DNA from: an uncultured Lachnospiraceae bacterium
Lineage (GTDB): Bacteria; Bacillota; Clostridia; Lachnospirales; Lachnospiraceae
NCBI GenBank assembly: GCA_947565305.1
Contig: CANOFO010000002.1
Location: 3,039 to 67,038, forward strand
DNA length: 64,000 nt
Direction: 5' to 3'
The notes under the pieces are model-generated. The model was given only the letters and a program-made list of their open reading frames with translations. It was not told the origin of the DNA and did not search any database. Each line of letters begins with the position of its first letter. The first letter of the stretch is position 1. Both the position numbers and the translations under genes were made by a program. This document shows positions 10,119 through 20,608 of the stretch, piece after piece.

Positions 10119-12342
10119 CTAAAATATATACACATAGTCTGGAATTTCTATCTCTTGCTGCCTTATGCTGTCATCCTTTACAAAAAGTAATTCTTCCTGC
10201 TGTTCTTTTGGCTTCGCTTTCATCAGCGATACCATAGAAACGGTAACCATCTCCTGCATAACGTCCTGAGTCTTCCAAAGTTCTTCCAATTGTTCTTTTA
10301 TCTGCATGGGCACTTCAAAACCATATCCACAAATCTCCTGACCCGCCTGGCGTTCTTCCCAATACGAATCCATATCTTTATCTATTTTCGTCAGAATCTG
10401 CTGCTCACTCGTTAACGTATAGTTGCTCTCTGCCCATTTTAAAATCCGTTCCCCATCACTGGTAAGGTGGTAATTCTGTTCAAAAGAATCATATTCTGAT
10501 CCCTTATTCTCTGAAAATTTTTCCCGCCAATCTTCTTCCTCTGCAAATTCAGGCTGTTCCTCTTTATATAATATCATATCTTCCAAAACTAATACATCCA
10601 TCTCCGTGCGCATGAAACATGCATACGCTTCCTGAGGGGTGCATACAATAGGTTCCCCCCGGACATTAAATGAGGTATTGACAATCACCGGACAGCCTGT
10701 CAGCTTATCAAACTCTTTAATTACCTCATAATAATAAGGGTTCCTTTCTCCGCTTACGCTCTGGATTCTGGCACTGTAATCCACATGTGTAACTGCCGGG
10801 ATATGGGAACGAGGTGTGTTGACAATGGGAATCATGTCTATACCCCCCCCCGGGGTATTTTTCCATGTAGAAGGGCAGTTGTTTCTCTTTTTTCACCTTA
10901 TCCACCAGCAGCATATAGGGGCTTTCCTGAACCAGCTCAAACTCCTGGCATTGTTTTTCTGCCAGTACAGACGGCGCAAATGGGCGGAATGACTCACGGT
11001 ACTTTATTTTTAAATTTAACTTGGACTGCATGTCAGGCAATCTGGGGTCCGCGATAATGCTGCGGTTGCCAAGCGCCCTCGGACCATACTCCATGCGCCC
11101 ATGATAAAGCCCAATTACCTTTCCATCTGCAAGCTCTTTGGCAACTTGTTTATAAATATCCTCCCCCATATCATGATAAGAATAGCCGTTCTCATCCAGA
11201 TACTGCCTGATATACGGAGAAGAAAATCCCGGTCCGAGATAGCTTCCCTTCATACTGTCCTGAGGATTGGGCTTACGCTCCTGCCCACAGAGATTATAAT
11301 AGGCATAAAGCGCCGCGCCCAGCGCGCCGCCAGCATCTCCGGCAGCTGGCTGTATCCATATGTTTTTAAATATACCGGAATTTAATAATTTTCCATTGGC
11401 AACACAATTTAATGCCACGCCGCCTGCCAGAACCAGAGAATCAATATCTTGTCCAAACGTGTCTTTTGCATAGCGTGCCATCATCATAATATGCTCTTCC
11501 ACAATCTTCTGTACGGAGGCTGCAATGTCCATCTCCCGCTTGGTAATCCGGCTTTCCGGCAGTCTGCGCCCGAAGCCAAAAACTTCGGAAAAACGAGCCT
11601 CATTTATCATGGTCCTGCCATTTTGGAAATCAAAATAAGCGAGATTTAAGCGGAATGAGCCGTCTTCCTTGATATCTATCATTTTTTCTTTGATAACATC
11701 ATAATAAACTGGTTCTCCATAAGGAGCCAAACCCATAAATTTATAATCGCCTGAATTGACCTTGAAGCCACAGAAATAAGTGAATGCACTGTAAAGAAGA
11801 CCAATGGAATGCGGATAGGAAATCTGTCTCTTTAACTGCAAATGATTTCCCTCACCTATGCCTACGGTGGTAGTCGCCCATTCCCCTACCCCATCAATTG
11901 TCATAATAACAGCTTTTTCAAACGGTGAAGGATAAAATGCAGAGGCTGCATGGGAAATATGATGCTCCGTCACAAACAGCTTCCCCTGTCTGCCAAGCCC
12001 CCCAACGGCACGTTCCAACAGTTTATGTATCCACATTCTTCGCTCATAAAGCGGCGAAAAACCTCTTTCTATCATAAGCCGCGAATCTTTTCCTAATGCC
12101 AGAACGTTATGCAAATAACGGTCCAAAGTCAGTTTTGGGTTATCATAATAGACAACACATTCCAATTCCTCCGCCGTGATTCCCGCTTCTTCCATACAGT
12201 AACGTATGGCATTAACCGGAATCCTCATATCATGTTTATTTCTGGTAAACCGTTCCTCCTGTGCTGCTGCTATAACCTCACCATCTTGGATTAAGGCTGC
12301 TGCTGAATCATGGTATAATCCTGATATTCCTAAAATGTACAT
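10119..12342 (-). pseudogene. NodU/CmcH-family carbamoyltransferase split by a frameshift at a G9 tract (currently out of frame)
   Basis: The first ORF has ILGISGLYHDSAA, EHHISHAAS, DGVGE, GGVALNC, GPRALGNRS, RESFRPFAP. The second frame continues IPAVTHVDYSARIQ...NTSFNVRGEPIV. Removing one G joins them. Confidence 0.88.
10843..10851 (-). repeat. G9 homopolymer (C9 on +) at the frameshift junction
   Basis: + strand reads TA-CCCCCCCCC-GGGG; G8 or G11 restores KYPGGGIDMIPIVNTPRS. Confidence 0.9.
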
Positions 12343-12362
12343 TTGCCCTCCTTTTTCCTATC

Positions 12363-12578
12363 CTATATTTCATGTATTGTTAATCTTGCATACTTCCACC
12401 ATATTTCGTAATTTCTGCTGCTTTCTCTCTTTAAACAAGGCTTATCTCCTGCTTCAAAATGATAAATTGCTGAATTGTCTGGAAAAAAAACAGCAAAATG
12501 CAATTCCGCCAAAGATTTTTCCACTATCAAATCCACGTCAAGATATAATACGCGTTTCAAGCTTTCCGGCAATATCAA
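12363..12578 (-). pseudogene. GT8 glycosyltransferase remnant with internal deletion
   Basis: The DxD motif RVLYLDVDLIV is joined almost directly to the C-terminal IYHFEAGDKPC (HxxGxxKPW-like) in only 71 aa. Confidence 0.7.
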
Positions 12579-12610
12579 TATTTTCCCCTAATCATCCATC
12601 TGCTTTTCAT

Positions 12611-13846
12611 TTATAATTCTTTTATCCAATTCCAAATCTCTCTGCCAAAACTACCGGTATTTGTTGCAGGTTCCAAGGAGCGGTTATTTTCCCTCTCCGA
12701 AATATTATCATTTTGCACTATCTCATCTACAAAATCCGCTAGTGTTCCCTGTCCATTCGGCCAAATATTCCGATACCTAAACAGTGCCTTGGTATTTTCC
12801 AGAAGAAGCTTATCCGGAATAAGGCTATCTATTACATGAACAAACTTCCTGGCTCTCATATCTATCAGACAATGATAATTACCGCCAAATGCCAGCAACT
12901 TCAAACAGTGCCCATCCACAAACCCAGTCTCCACCTTGGGATGATCAACCAGAAAAGGCTCACCCTCCATAACCTCAGGTAACTTTAATATCTCAAAGAT
13001 TCCCATATCCATATCCAATATCAGAATCTCATTTGCCATCCAGGGAATAAACCAAATGGTACGTTCATAATAATAGCTAAAGGTAAAAGTTCGGGATATA
13101 GGGCACTCAAATGTATCAGGAATGGAATATCGTTTCTCTATCCCATTTTTAAATGTAAACGAAAGTATATCTCCTCTTTTGCCAGGAATAATCCAGAACT
13201 TACCCTGATGGTATTCTAATCTTTCGTAATTACCACCCTGTAATAGCAAGTCATATACTGCCGTTTCCATAGTTTTCATATCGGTGCATACCATTTTATC
13301 CGTTCCATATAACAACAGACACAATTTGTCTTCTGCCAACGTGCACTGAAGAGAAATCACTCCTTTCGTTTGCATTGCAATCTCCTGCAGCTGTTCTTTC
13401 CAACCATGGCATTCCTCCACTGTATATCCGTCAAATTTCAATAATGGGTACTGCAAATATCCTGGCACCAGATAGAAGATTCCCTCATATTCTATTACAT
13501 CTTGCGGAGCGTACGGTTCGGTTGCATCGTGCTTATCCTTAAGGTTAAAATATTTCTGCTTACCAGTTTTCCTGTCAATGCCAATAATTCCATCCGCCAA
13601 CAAAGGAAACAAATAGATAAAATCTCCTTTTCTTTTAATAAACGCATATACCTCCCCATATTTCTGTACGGTTACAGAGTATTCCAACCTGATATCCTGT
13701 AACCCCATATTCATGGAAAAAACCGCATTGTCCTGCCCATACGAAGAGACAACCCAAACCCTGTTATCTATCACCGTATAGCTGCAGCTTCTCAATCTTT
13801 CTTTATTCTTTGAATCATCCTCTTCCTCAAATCTGTCCATACTCAT
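12611..13846 (-). CDS. Hypothetical protein, probable beta-propeller
   Basis: Repeating blade-like segments IYLFP, FYLVP, LCLLL, FWIIP, IWFIP spaced ~45 aa apart. Confidence 0.6.
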   Translation of the reverse strand: MSMDRFEEEDDSKNKERLRSCSYTVIDNRVWVVSSYGQDNAVFSMNMGLQDIRLEYSVTVQKYGEVYAFIKRKGDFIYLFPLLADGIIGIDRKTGKQKYFNLKDKHDATEPYAPQDVIEYEGIFYLVPGYLQYPLLKFDGYTVEECHGWKEQLQEIAMQTKGVISLQCTLAEDKLCLLLYGTDKMVCTDMKTMETAVYDLLLQGGNYERLEYHQGKFWIIPGKRGDILSFTFKNGIEKRYSIPDTFECPISRTFTFSYYYERTIWFIPWMANEILILDMDMGIFEILKLPEVMEGEPFLVDHPKVETGFVDGHCLKLLAFGGNYHCLIDMRARKFVHVIDSLIPDKLLLENTKALFRYRNIWPNGQGTLADFVDEIVQNDNISERENNRSLEPATNTGSFGREIWNWIKEL

Positions 13847-13870
13847 GGCCCCCTTTGCCTGCCAAACAGT

Positions 13871-16192
13871 TCAATTTCCCTCTGCCCTGCTGCTCACATT
13901 AAGATTTCTGATTATCGTTTCAATATCCTGCTGATCGTTCTGGCATATGAACTCAAATACCCTCTCTGTCCTTTCTGTCTCCTTTGTCAACGCAAGCCCT
14001 GCCTCCATCAAGGCTTGGCTTCTGTCTGTCTCTGCCAAATTACCCCACTCTGCAAATTTTTTCCACGTATCTGTATTGAAATAGATACTGTCATCTTCCG
14101 GCCAAAAGCATTGTATTGTTACATTCGTAAAAATGGCTATAAAATTTAATAACCCGGTCCTTATGCCAACAACATGCCCACACATTTCAATAAATGCAGG
14201 AAGCTCCGCAAGTTCCAAAAAAACATATGGCACACCGGGTACCACCGCTTCTTCAGAATTAAATACAACATCATATCCTTCCTTAGACAAAGCTTCACAT
14301 AACTGAGTCCAAAACGCCATACTTTTCAATTCTCTGCCTATGGGACCAAACCAATTCGCATATGGCACGATAAATACGGTCTTTCCTCTTTTTAACCCAA
14401 ATGAGGCAAACAAACGCGCAATCTTATCTCTGCCCGGTGAACTTTTGAGTGTAAATCTGTCAAATACTGTCTCCTCCGGCAGTTGGAAAAATTTCTTGAC
14501 AGACTTCAATGCATCTAATTTATCTGGGTTTTCAAACAGAAGCCTCAGGTCAAAAATCCTACTTTTTTCTGCGGCAAAAATATCCTCCGCATATTCCAGG
14601 CAATCGGATGGAACGACCTCCACACGATCTATATACGGACATAATTCCAACGCCGCTTTGCCGCGTTCGCCGGTAATATAGAAAATCAATGATTTATGGA
14701 TTCTCTCCTTATACCCCTTCAGATATCCCATGACGGAACACATGTCGCCAATAGGCCACCCCGGCGCTACAACCACCTGGCCGTCCTCTCTGTTTAAATC
14801 ACAAAGAATTTTCTCTTTCAAGACCTGCGCCTGAAAATCACATAATTCTTTATACCCGATAAAATCGCTGCCATACTGCAAATCCTTTGCTGATAATATC
14901 CGAAATATCTCATTCCGGTATATTCTGGGAATTACAATCACATAATAATCTTTCCATACCTCAATGTCTTCCGGCAGGACTACTTTAACTCCAGAAATGC
15001 TCTGCTTATTTTTATCCTTGTCTACAATGCATTCCACTGTAAAATTGAGTAATCCATTTCTCAAAATCCGCTCGGTCCTTTTTCCTGCCCCCCAGATTGC
15101 AATAGGTTTATCCTGAGGATTAAAAATAATATTTTCCATGGATATCTCTTTCTTATCCTGCATATATTTATCGTCTCCAACCGAGTTCTCTACCATCCCC
15201 TCATTTATATCCCCTGACATTTTATATATCATATTATTTGTTATTCCGTATACATTTTTACTGTAATACTTAAAATCCGCATCCTGATAATGATGGTAAT
15301 AATAAAAAACTGCGGACAGCGGCGGACAAATGTCAGAACTCTTCATAATCCAAAACTTTTCACATTCCAGGCAAAAACCTTCCTCCCCTGGCTGAATCCG
15401 CAATAAATCAGAAAATGATTTGATGAAAAACTCTTCCTCCAGATTCTCCATAACCTCAAGCAGAATATATATTTTTTCTACCTCATCCCGCTTTATTGTT
15501 TCAGGCGTAGGTGCACTGAAATTAGCATTATCCCCTTCCCAATGCACTCTATACCTTGCAAGTTTTTCTGGATATATATAAAATTCCGTCACCTGCAAAA
15601 AACGAAGCCAATAATCATAATCATGAATCTGCTTATACGAGAAACGGAACTCTCCAACCTTATCATATATTTCTTTTCTAATGCACAACGTGGATGAACA
15701 CAGATAATTGCCTTCCATATAGATTTTTCGGAACCATTTTTCCTTCTCCATATTCTGCAAGTTCTCATTAGAAAAAACAGAACATAAAGAATGTTCCATT
15801 AACACGCAGCCCTTCCCATCAATAATTGTCGGTCTGCACAGACATGCCCCATACTCTTCATGTTCCTGAAAAAAAGCCATATATTTTTCTAATATAGTAT
15901 CTTCCCACATATCATCAGAATCCAGCCAACAGATAAACTCCCCCTGTGCCTGCTGAAACATATACTCTGCCGCCCCAAAACCTGTATTTTCTTCCATAAC
16001 CGTCAGGCGTATCCTGGAATCGCCAAAGCTTTTTATCACCTCCACGGAATTATCCGCGGAAACATCATCTACGATAATCAATTCAAAATTAGAATAGGTC
16101 TGCTTCAAAACACTTTGGATTGCCTGTCCAACAAATTCCTCGTGATTATAACTTGGCATACATACCGATACCAATGGCTCTTTTTTCAACAT
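13871..16192 (-). CDS. GT2 glycosyltransferase fused to a Rossmann-like module and a probable second GT-B-like domain
   Basis: VSVCMPSYNH, IVDDVSAD, WLDSDD, HDYDYW; IWGAGKR; C-terminal PIGDM...FIVPYA...VVGIRTGL. Confidence 0.82.
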   Translation of the reverse strand: MLKKEPLVSVCMPSYNHEEFVGQAIQSVLKQTYSNFELIIVDDVSADNSVEVIKSFGDSRIRLTVMEENTGFGAAEYMFQQAQGEFICWLDSDDMWEDTILEKYMAFFQEHEEYGACLCRPTIIDGKGCVLMEHSLCSVFSNENLQNMEKEKWFRKIYMEGNYLCSSTLCIRKEIYDKVGEFRFSYKQIHDYDYWLRFLQVTEFYIYPEKLARYRVHWEGDNANFSAPTPETIKRDEVEKIYILLEVMENLEEEFFIKSFSDLLRIQPGEEGFCLECEKFWIMKSSDICPPLSAVFYYYHHYQDADFKYYSKNVYGITNNMIYKMSGDINEGMVENSVGDDKYMQDKKEISMENIIFNPQDKPIAIWGAGKRTERILRNGLLNFTVECIVDKDKNKQSISGVKVVLPEDIEVWKDYYVIVIPRIYRNEIFRILSAKDLQYGSDFIGYKELCDFQAQVLKEKILCDLNREDGQVVVAPGWPIGDMCSVMGYLKGYKERIHKSLIFYITGERGKAALELCPYIDRVEVVPSDCLEYAEDIFAAEKSRIFDLRLLFENPDKLDALKSVKKFFQLPEETVFDRFTLKSSPGRDKIARLFASFGLKRGKTVFIVPYANWFGPIGRELKSMAFWTQLCEALSKEGYDVVFNSEEAVVPGVPYVFLELAELPAFIEMCGHVVGIRTGLLNFIAIFTNVTIQCFWPEDDSIYFNTDTWKKFAEWGNLAETDRSQALMEAGLALTKETERTERVFEFICQNDQQDIETIIRNLNVSSRAEGN

Positions 16193-16273
16193 ATCGCCTC
16201 TCCCTTTACAATGCTATCATACGTTCTCTTGTACAAAAATTGCAAATCTTTCTTCCATTACCTTTTATTAGAC

Positions 16274-16302
16274 ATATTATCATTTTCCCCTGATATTTTC
16301 AA
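16274..16302 (-). promoter_or_regulatory. Putative sigmaA promoter TTGAAA-17-TAATAT with extended TG
   Basis: Consensus spacing; lies between a terminator and the 16192 start. Confidence 0.5.
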
Positions 16303-16365
16303 TATGGGATACCTGCTTCCGTCCGCCGCCAATACCACGAAAAGCTGGCTATCACGACACCATCT

Positions 16366-16403
16366 TAAAAATAATGCAAGCAGGGTAAACCTACTTGCAT
16401 TAT
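16366..16403 (-). terminator. Intrinsic terminator
   Basis: ATAATGCAAGTAGG-TTTAC-CCTGCTTGCATTAT followed by TTTT on the minus strand. Confidence 0.7.
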
Positions 16404-16447
16404 ATACTACTACCCCAAAAATATCAAATAACTTTCATATAATCCGC

Positions 16448-17191
16448 TCACTCAAGCACATAGATATTGGTTCTCGTAATTGCAAACAGGCTTTTCACCT
16501 GATAGGCAAATTTAAACATATGATTCTCAACTACCTGCCTATGGAATCTTGGAGCCATATATATCAGTATAATTTTCCTGTGTTTCCGTCTATAACTGTC
16601 CTCAATATTTGTTATCACATGTTCCAGGCATTCTCCTTCAAATGGGTCAAACATATAGAAATAATTATAGGAATCTATATCTGTATAATTGGCCGCATCT
16701 CCACATACTACAGAATAATGATGCCCTGTCTCACGCTCCAGTATGCCTGAATTTTCTGCTGCCAGTTTATATAACTGCCGGTCAAACTCTATACCCCCTC
16801 CTCTTTTCATTCCAGCCTTCTCAAAGATGAAGAAGCTTGTCCCTTTGCCGCAGCCAAAATCGAAAACCGCATCATCCTCATGAAACTTAAAGTTATTTAA
16901 CACCGACTCCAGCACAATGCCTTTTCCAGGCCAGTAATCGTGAAATTCTGTAACGTTACAATTAGGTTCTCCATGTTCCGCTTCCGCAATCGTTTATTCA
17001 TCACATATCTCCTCTATTTCCTCTGTATCTTTATATGCAGTTACTAATATCGTTGTTGTCTCAGGCTGGTAGTAATCTAACACATGATGGGATTTTATGC
17101 CAATAATATCCAGCCCCATAAGATAACATTTTTCATACTCTATTTCAGATTGATAAAATCCTTTTTTTCCTATAACGGCAAAAATCCCCAT
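16448..17191 (-). pseudogene. Class I SAM methyltransferase with an in-frame TAA (16994-16996) cutting off its N-terminal part
   Basis: ORFs 16994-17230 and 16448-16915 share a frame and are open between them except for one stop; motifs FDFGCGKG, GIEFD, YFYMFDPF. Confidence 0.65.
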
Positions 17192-17201
17192 TTTCTTTTT
17201 T

Positions 17202-17230
17202 ATTATATATCGATGCAGTGTACGATTCAA
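17202..17230 (-). promoter_or_regulatory. SigmaA promoter TTGAAT-17-TATAAT
   Basis: Near-consensus boxes with exact 17-bp spacing, immediately after the terminator. Confidence 0.7.
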
Positions 17231-17234
17231 GCAG

Positions 17235-17289
17235 AAAAAATACGCCTTTATATACGCAAAGCCATTGATATGCGTATATAAAGGCGTAT
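17235..17289 (-). terminator. Intrinsic terminator after manA (19-bp perfect inverted repeat)
   Basis: ATACGCCTTTATATACGCA / TGCGTATATAAAGGCGTAT with a 12-nt loop and a T-run on the minus strand. Confidence 0.85.
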
Positions 17290-17315
17290 CTTACATAATA
17301 TGAAATTTGCATTCT

Positions 17316-18335
17316 CTAACAGCTAATTTTCAGCAATGTCGTCTGTCCATGAATCCTGATATCCGCAGAATTTGCCGGAACAAATACACAGTCCCCATGA
17401 AAGAAATTTATCATCTCCCCCCTATTCCAGTTCAAGACCCCGCAGCCCTCTACACACAAAAGAATCTGAAACGAATTCTCCGCCTGGGAAATTTCCACTA
17501 CCTCTCCCCGATGCCTTGTGCTTATCATCATGCGCTCCACCTGAAAATAGCGGCAGCGGCATAAGAATTCTGTGGCATACCCCCTCTTAAATTTCAGCAC
17601 ACGCATCGGCTGCCGCAAATCCCGGCTTGATTTCAGGCAAGCCACCTCCAATGCTTTCTCAATGTGGAGTTCCCGCTGTTTTCCCATTTTATCGGTCCTG
17701 CCATAGTCATACAGACGGTAAGTGATATTGGAATTTTCCTGAATTTCTGCCACCAGGCTTCCCGCCCCCAGGGAATGCACCTGCCCGGGCGGGATAAAGA
17801 ACACATCATCCTTCTGGATACGGACTTTCTGCAGATATTTTTCAATATCTCCTGCCATAATGCTGTTCCTTACCTGTTCTTTTTCCATATCATGGCAGAA
17901 ACCATATACCAGCTTGGCATCTTTCGCCGCATCCAGTACATACCACATCTCCGTTTTTCCCAATGAACCATTTTCATGCACTCTGGCATAGTCATCACTC
18001 GGGTGGACCTGCACAGAAAGATCTTGTCTGGCATCAATAAACTTAATCAGGCAAGGCAATTCTCCACGCGGATTTGCATACTTTCCCATATATTCCGGAT
18101 GCTCGATTAAGACCTGCGCTAAATTCTGTCCGGCATATTCGCCGGAAGCCACCATACTGATTCCGTCAGGATGCGTGGAACATTCCCAGGTTTCAGCCAA
18201 CGGCTGCATGGCAAGGTCTTTGCATAATTCAAGGTTCAGCCTGCTGCCTCCCCAGAGATAGTCTTTGCCCACAGGCTTCAAGAGAAATGGAGCTGCCTCT
18301 TTATTCCCATTCAAATTTCTGTTTGTCATGGACAC
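17316..18335 (-). CDS. manA: Class I mannose-6-phosphate isomerase
   Basis: DYLWGG, ETWECSTHPDG, KFIDARQDLSVQVHP, GKTEMWY, EIQENSNITYRLYDYGR. Confidence 0.92.
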   Translation of the reverse strand: MSMTNRNLNGNKEAAPFLLKPVGKDYLWGGSRLNLELCKDLAMQPLAETWECSTHPDGISMVASGEYAGQNLAQVLIEHPEYMGKYANPRGELPCLIKFIDARQDLSVQVHPSDDYARVHENGSLGKTEMWYVLDAAKDAKLVYGFCHDMEKEQVRNSIMAGDIEKYLQKVRIQKDDVFFIPPGQVHSLGAGSLVAEIQENSNITYRLYDYGRTDKMGKQRELHIEKALEVACLKSSRDLRQPMRVLKFKRGYATEFLCRCRYFQVERMMISTRHRGEVVEISQAENSFQILLCVEGCGVLNWNRGEMINFFHGDCVFVPANSADIRIHGQTTLLKISC

Positions 18336-19614
18336 TGATCTCCTTACCCAACTGCACCTCCAAAATCTTTAGAACCGTACTGGCTATCACAGTATGGCGG
18401 CAGCCAGCCTGCATGGTAATGACATCCCCGGCAGTTACTATCTGTTCCATACCATCTACAATCACCTTGCCCTCGCCGGAAATAATGCTCCACACCTCAT
18501 CCCGCCGCTCATGGCTATGGTAATTCATCTTCTCGCCTGCATTCAGCGTCACCTTAATCGTCAGGCTGTTCTCTTCTATATCGAGAATGCGAAAACTTCC
18601 CCAGGATTTCTCTGCATAGCGGATGGGCCTGTCTAACTTTTCCACATAAGGCTTCATAAAACTGGACTGCGCTTTATCCGAGACCAGGATGCCATCTGGA
18701 CCGGCGGAAACTACGATGTCTTTGAGCCCCATGCACAGCACCGGAATATCCAGTTCATTGATGACATGGACATTTTCACAAGATTCATCCAGCATTGCAT
18801 CACCAACGGTAAACTTGCTCATAGTATCCGTCAGCGTATTCCAGGTGCCCAAATCCTTCCACGCCCCACCGTAACGCACTACCTGAATATTAGGCTCATG
18901 TTCTGCCACCGCATAATCAAAACTGATTTTATCCAGACTTTCATATTTGGCATATAAATCTGCATAATCCTCAAATTCAATCAATTCATGCGCTTTATCC
19001 AGGACATATTTTAATTTATAGGCAAACACGCCGCCGTTCCATAACGCGCCCTCTGCAATGTATCTTTTTGCCGTCTCCATATCCGGCTTTTCCTTAAAGG
19101 TCTTAACCGAGGAAATTTCCCCCTTATCCTGTGGGATAATATAGCCATATTTCTCACTGGGGTAGGTGGGTTCAATTCCCATCAGCACCAAATTAGCCTC
19201 CCCCTTTGCCGCCTGCTGCGCCAACCGCCCTAATGTCTCAAAATAACTGTCCTCCACATAGGGGTCTATCGGGCATACAATTACGGCTTCCTCCTCCTGC
19301 ACCTTCCTCACGTCATGGAGATATGAGGTCGCTAAAGCAATAGCCGGAAACGTGTCTCTGCGGCATGATTCTAAGCTAATCCCCACCTGTTCCCCCAATT
19401 GGCTGCGGATTATTGAGGACTGCGACTTGGATGTCGCTACCGTCACTGTGGAATTGGGCGCCGCCTTTTGAATCTGTCTGTACACCCGCTGCAACATGGA
19501 TTCCGCTTCCCCCTCTTCCCCCTCGAAAAATTTGATAAACTGTTTGGAGCGGACGTCATTGGACAGGGGCCACAAACGTTTCCCCGAACCGCCTGACAGC
19601 AATATGATATTCAT
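18301..19614 (-). CDS. manC: Mannose-1-phosphate guanylyltransferase with C-terminal cupin
   Basis: ILLSGGSGKRLWPLS, KQF, YGYI, FKEKPD, SFDYAV, WKDLGTW, EKSWG. Confidence 0.92.
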   Translation of the reverse strand: MNIILLSGGSGKRLWPLSNDVRSKQFIKFFEGEEGEAESMLQRVYRQIQKAAPNSTVTVATSKSQSSIIRSQLGEQVGISLESCRRDTFPAIALATSYLHDVRKVQEEEAVIVCPIDPYVEDSYFETLGRLAQQAAKGEANLVLMGIEPTYPSEKYGYIIPQDKGEISSVKTFKEKPDMETAKRYIAEGALWNGGVFAYKLKYVLDKAHELIEFEDYADLYAKYESLDKISFDYAVAEHEPNIQVVRYGGAWKDLGTWNTLTDTMSKFTVGDAMLDESCENVHVINELDIPVLCMGLKDIVVSAGPDGILVSDKAQSSFMKPYVEKLDRPIRYAEKSWGSFRILDIEENSLTIKVTLNAGEKMNYHSHERRDEVWSIISGEGKVIVDGMEQIVTAGDVITMQAGCRHTVIASTVLKILEVQLGKEISVHDKQKFEWE

Positions 19615-19672
19615 CTCTTAACCACTCTTTCCTTTCTGTGCTTTCCCATTCTTTTTACCCGGGAAACACTGA

Positions 19673-20605
19673 TTAAAGCATTTCCCTGGAACTCCACCAC
19701 TGATATGTATTTCGCACTGCCTCTTGAAAAGTAGTCCTGGCATACCATCCCAGGTCATGGATGCGCTGTGAATCCAGGCACATATGCTGCCTACCTTCCG
19801 GCTTGCCCGAATCAAACACCACTTCTCCTGGATAGTTTACCACTTCTTTGATTGTCATTGCCGCTTCGCGTATCGTAATCTCTCCACCACTGCCGACATT
19901 ATACAGAAACTCGTCTTTGGCATGGTTCATGACAAAGATGCATGCCTCCGCCAAATCCTGAGAGTACAGAAATTCGCGACAAGCATTACCTGTTCCCCAC
20001 ACAACTACCTGAGATTCATGATTTTCTTTTGCCAAATGAAAGCGCTCTATCAGCGCCGGAATCACCCCGGCTTTGTTGCTTCCCATGGGCGCATGTTCCC
20101 CAAAAAAATTACAGGGTATCACAGTTATCGCCGGAAAAGCATATTGCCGCCTGTAATATTCACATAATTTTGCACCCGCCAGCTTCGCCAGCGTATAGGG
20201 AGCATCGATACCCTGCAAATCGATTCTGCCGATATCCTCCTCGCGAAAAACCTCACAATCGCTTTGAGGATAAAGCAGAATGCTGCCTATGTTCAGAAAT
20301 CCCTTAACCTGGCAACGGCAGGCTGCCTCCAAAACATTCATAGCCATCCTCAGGTTGCAGTTAAGCATATCCAAAGGATATTCACGCTTAAACTCTATAC
20401 CTCCAACCAGACCGGCTGCAAAAAATACATACTCTGGCTGCTCACGTTCAAAAAAAGACATGGTATCCGCCCAATTTTCCAAGTCCAGTTCCGAATGGGA
20501 ACGGACAATAATATTATCATACCCTTGCTCTTTTAACTTTTTTAAAATGGCAGAGCCAGCCATCCCGCTGTGCCCAGCCACATATATTCTCGCATGTTTC
20601 TCCAT
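19673..20605 (-). CDS. GDP-L-fucose synthase/ColC-family SDR lacking the epimerase Cys/His pair (probably reductase only)
   Basis: YVAGHSGMAGSA, AAGLVGGI, PYTLAK, VIPALI, VVWGTG..REFL, KPEG; GSSCIYP appears as GSILLYP and SHVIP as AGVIP. Confidence 0.85.
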   Translation of the reverse strand: MEKHARIYVAGHSGMAGSAILKKLKEQGYDNIIVRSHSELDLENWADTMSFFEREQPEYVFFAAGLVGGIEFKREYPLDMLNCNLRMAMNVLEAACRCQVKGFLNIGSILLYPQSDCEVFREEDIGRIDLQGIDAPYTLAKLAGAKLCEYYRRQYAFPAITVIPCNFFGEHAPMGSNKAGVIPALIERFHLAKENHESQVVVWGTGNACREFLYSQDLAEACIFVMNHAKDEFLYNVGSGGEITIREAAMTIKEVVNYPGEVVFDSGKPEGRQHMCLDSQRIHDLGWYARTTFQEAVRNTYQWWSSREML

Positions 20606-20608
20606 CGG

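Noticed and set aside
16994-17230. 78-aa ORF starting at TTG 17230
   Set aside because: That TTG is the -35 box of a promoter; the segment is treated as part of the methyltransferase pseudogene.
17240-17289. 19-bp palindrome as a MITE or recombination site
   Set aside because: Single copy, no target duplication, position and T-run fit a terminator.
19673-20605. Simple call as fcl or colC
   Set aside because: Both epimerase catalytic positions are substituted, so no gene symbol was assigned.
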